The notes below the pieces were generated by a model that was not told where the DNA came from, did no database searches, and worked only from the letters and a program-made list of their open reading frames with translations. Positions 60,800 to 64,000 of a stretch of 64,000 nt of DNA are shown piece after piece (position 1 is the stretch's first letter; each line of letters opens with the position of its first letter). The position numbers and the translations under genes are program-made. Origin of the DNA: the human T2T-CHM13v2.0 reference genome, Homo sapiens; assembly GCF_009914755.1 (NCBI RefSeq), contig NC_060935.1; one strand, 5' to 3'.

Positions 60800-62598
60800 T
60801 GGTGTTAGAAATACATCTAACCAATGAGGTTAAGAATCGCTACAAGAAGAAGTATAATACACTGATGAAAGAAATTATAGATGACACAGACAAATGGAAA
60901 AGTATCCCATGCTCGTGGACTGGAAAAATCAACATCATTAAAATGTCTATACTGCTCAAAGCAATCTACAGATTAAACACTATTCCTACCAAATTACCAA
61001 CATTATTCTTCACAGAATTAGAAAAAAACTATTCTAAACCACATGTAGAACCAAAAAACAACCTGAATAACCAAAGCAATTGTATACAAAAAGAACAAAT
61101 TCAGAGACATCACATTACTGGATTCCAAACTATACTACAAGGCTATAGTAACCAAAAACAGCATGCCACTGGTTTAAAAAAAAAAAAAAGACACATAGAC
61201 AAATGGAACAGAAGACAGAACCCTGAAATAAAGCTTCACATCTACCACCAACTGATCTTTGATAAAGTTAACAAAAATAAACAACAGGGAAGTGATATTT
61301 TATTCAATAAATGATATCGGAAAAACTGGCTAATCATAGGGAGAAGAGTAAAACTGGACCCCTACCACTTATCATATAAAAATTTAACATCAAATGGATT
61401 AAAGACTTACATGTAGACCTCCAACAAAAATTCTGGAAGAAAACCTAGGAATTACTCTTTTGGAACTACTCCATCTGAAAACCAGCGAGACACCTTCCCT
61501 GCCAGTCACCACTCATGGTCCTAAAAGAAATTAAGACTAAGTCCTCAAAGGCAAATGCAGCAAAACAAAAAATTGACAAGTGGGACTTAATTCAACTAAA
61601 CTTCTGCCCAGCAAATGAAACAGTCAACAGAGTAAATAGACAACCTACAGAAAGGGATAAATGATCTGCAAATTATGCATCTGACAAAGGACTAATGACC
61701 AGATTCTATAAGCAATGTAAACAAATCAATTTTAAAAAACCCACAAATAACCCTAGTAAAAAGTGAGCAAAGGACGTGAAAAGACACTTCTCAAAAGAAA
61801 CCATACAAGGGACCAAAAAAACATATGAAAAAATGCTCAACATCGCTAATTATCAGAGAGATGCAAATCAAAACCACAATAAGATAGCATCTCACACCAA
61901 TCAGAATGGCTGTTATTAAAAAGTGAAAAATGATGAATGCTGTCAAGGCTGCGGAGAAAAGGAACACATACATTATTGGTGGGAAGGTATATTAGCTCAG
62001 TCCCTATGGAAAGCAGTTTGGAGAGATCTCAAAGAACCAATAATACAATTATATTTGACCCAGCAATCTCATTACTGGGTATATACTCAAATGAAAATAA
62101 ATTATTCTACCAAACAGACACCTGCACTCATATGTTCGTTGTAGCACTATTCATAGTAGCAAAGACATGGAATCAACCCAGGTGTCCAGTAATGGTGGAT
62201 TTCATTAAGACAATGTGGTATGTACATACCATGGAATACTAAGCAGTCATAAAAAAGAGAAAAATCATGTCCTTTGCAGCAACATGGATGCAACTGGAGG
62301 CCATTCTCCTAAGTGAACCAATGCAGAAACAAAAAACTAAATACCCAAATACCATGTGTTCTCAATTATAAGTGAGAACTAAACGTTAGGTGCACATGGA
62401 CACAAACATGGAAAAACAGACACTCGGGACTCCAAAAGGGGGAGGTGGGGAGGAAGAAGAGGTTGAAAGACTACCTATCAGGTACTATGTGCACAATTTG
62501 GGGGACAGGATCTTTAGAAGCCCAAACATCAGCATCAGAAAATATACTCATGCAACAACGCTGCACATGTACCTTTGAGTCAAAAAAAAAAAGAAAAA
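60800..62598 (+). mobile_element. 5'-truncated older L1PA (ORF2 3' portion plus 3'UTR)
   Basis: WKSIPCSWTGKINIIKMSILLKAIYRLN ORF2 motif; 3'UTR and A tail. Confidence 0.9.
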
Positions 62599-62657
62599 GT
62601 GTAAGAGCTGTCTGCATCTGATGATGAACAGAGAACTGCATTAAAAATTAATTAGAT

Positions 62658-62946
62658 CTGCCAGGCATGGTAGCTCACGCCTGTAATCCCATCACTTTGG
62701 GAGGCTGAGGCAGGCAGATCACTTGAGGCCTGCAGTTTGAGACCAGGCTGGCCAAGATGGTAAAATCCCATCTCTACTAAAAATACAAAAAATTAGCTAG
62801 CATGGTGGTGGGCACCTGTAGTCCCAGCTACTTGGGAGTCTGAGGCAGGAGAATCTCTTGAAGCCAGGAAGGAGAGGTTGCAGTGAGCTGATATTGCACT
62901 GCACTCCAGCCTGGGTGATAGAGCAAGACTCTGTCTCAAAAAAAAA
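62658..62946 (+). mobile_element. Alu
   Basis: TSD AAAAATTAATTAGA. Confidence 0.93.
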
Positions 62947-63505
62947 TTAATTAGACCTATGAAGGTAAATACCAGGAGAAACAGTGAACCAAGTTCAAGG
63001 TAAGTATGGACTATATTGTGAGAATGGAAAGGAACAGAGAACTACTGTTTTTAATTAGAATCTATTTAACACAATTATATTTTTTACTCGAAGCACCTAT
63101 ATCATTTTAAAAATTAGAAGTATGAAAAAATAAGTAGAAGACAAATGAAAGGTGAGGAGATACAGAAGGAACACTGGGAAAAAGTGGTTGGTGAAAACAT
63201 TGAGTGGAAAGAGCCTATGATGCTGAATATTATCTCAGATCAACCCAGAACCCCACCAAAGTCTTAGGAGGTATATATTTTATTAAAAGAAATAATGGAT
63301 TTCCTTAAAGAATTAATTACATGAAGAACAACAAGACATAGACAGAGTACTGATGAGAGACATGAAGTATATCACTAAGAATAAGATTTCCTCACAAAAA
63401 TTAAAGGCCTGCAGAAATTCAAAGAAAAGCAGTATCTTTCTGAGCTGTGCATGTTTCAGTAAGGAAGGCTTCTTGGAGGAGGTGATGGTTGAGTAGCATT
63501 AGAAT

Positions 63506-64000
63506 TGTTAGGGAAGCAGGAGGCTGGGAGAGCCAGAATGACACTATTTTAAAATCAACTCCATCTGAAAACCAGCGAGACACCTTCCCTGCCAGTCACC
63601 ACCCATAGTCCTAAATTGTTTATAGCTAAGGAAGCAGTTTGGTCATGCCTGCAAAGACAAACTCCAACAACATCAGAAAGTCCAGATGTCCCAATACCTA
63701 TAACAATATTTGCTTTCAAGATAATTATGGTTCTGCTTTGATGTACTCACACACGAAAATGTCAAGGACAGTTTCCTTTAAATCAATAGAACAATACTTT
63801 TTGTCATGCTGTCTGCTAACTCCCATGTAGTCACAGCTTAGTTTAGTCTTTACATAGACAAGACCCCAATATAAGAAAAAGTTAAAACAAAGATGGTGCA
63901 TTTCTCCAGCTGCTTTCTGAGAATGCCTTACCAAGGCATTCTGAGAATTCCTTAGTAATGGATTCGTTCTAAGAAACTCGCTTCTTTTATTCCGCTCTGT
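63506..64000 (+). mobile_element. LTR (family uncertain, LTR47/MER72-like), runs off the window
   Basis: Begins TGTTAGGGAAGCAGGAG and interrupts duplicon copy C; LTR-like composition. Confidence 0.6.

Overview
Primate (almost certainly human, 11q12.3) genomic DNA from the secretoglobin cluster. It holds two intact three-exon + strand genes: SCGB2A1 (mammaglobin B/lipophilin C, 95 aa; CDS 12007-12061, 13677-13864, 16969-17013) and SCGB1D2 (lipophilin B, 90 aa; CDS 45557-45611, 46538-46725, 47919-47948). The rest is intergenic and repeat-rich (Alu, L1, MIR, L2, MER20, MER5, MADE1, MLT1). A non-coding duplicon occurs three times (about 37-7070, 49955-58527, and an older copy at about 58530-63500), so each copy shows the empty sites of the others' insertions. 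Between the genes lies a deeply nested ERV stack: an AluJ, a MER61-like ERV1, a G-to-A hypermutated HERV-I provirus, and two solo LTRs (LTR5 and LTR10C-like). The most unusual structure is a HERV-K HML-6 (LTR3) element at 55008-57587 that ends in an inverted U3 copy, joined at an 8-bp palindrome and flanked by a 6-bp target-site duplication (TSD), i.e. an apparently U3/U3-ended integrant. Other highlights: a perfect estrogen response element in SCGB2A1 intron 1, an LTR-borne p53 site, two apparently independent Alu insertions at the same paralogous site, a twin-primed L1 with an extra internal deletion, and a 58-bp LTR-templated patch inside an L1. Nearly all ORFs in the supplied track are Alu, L1 or microsatellite translations, not genes. 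Repeat subfamily names are from recalled consensus sequences and need Dfam/RepeatMasker confirmation.
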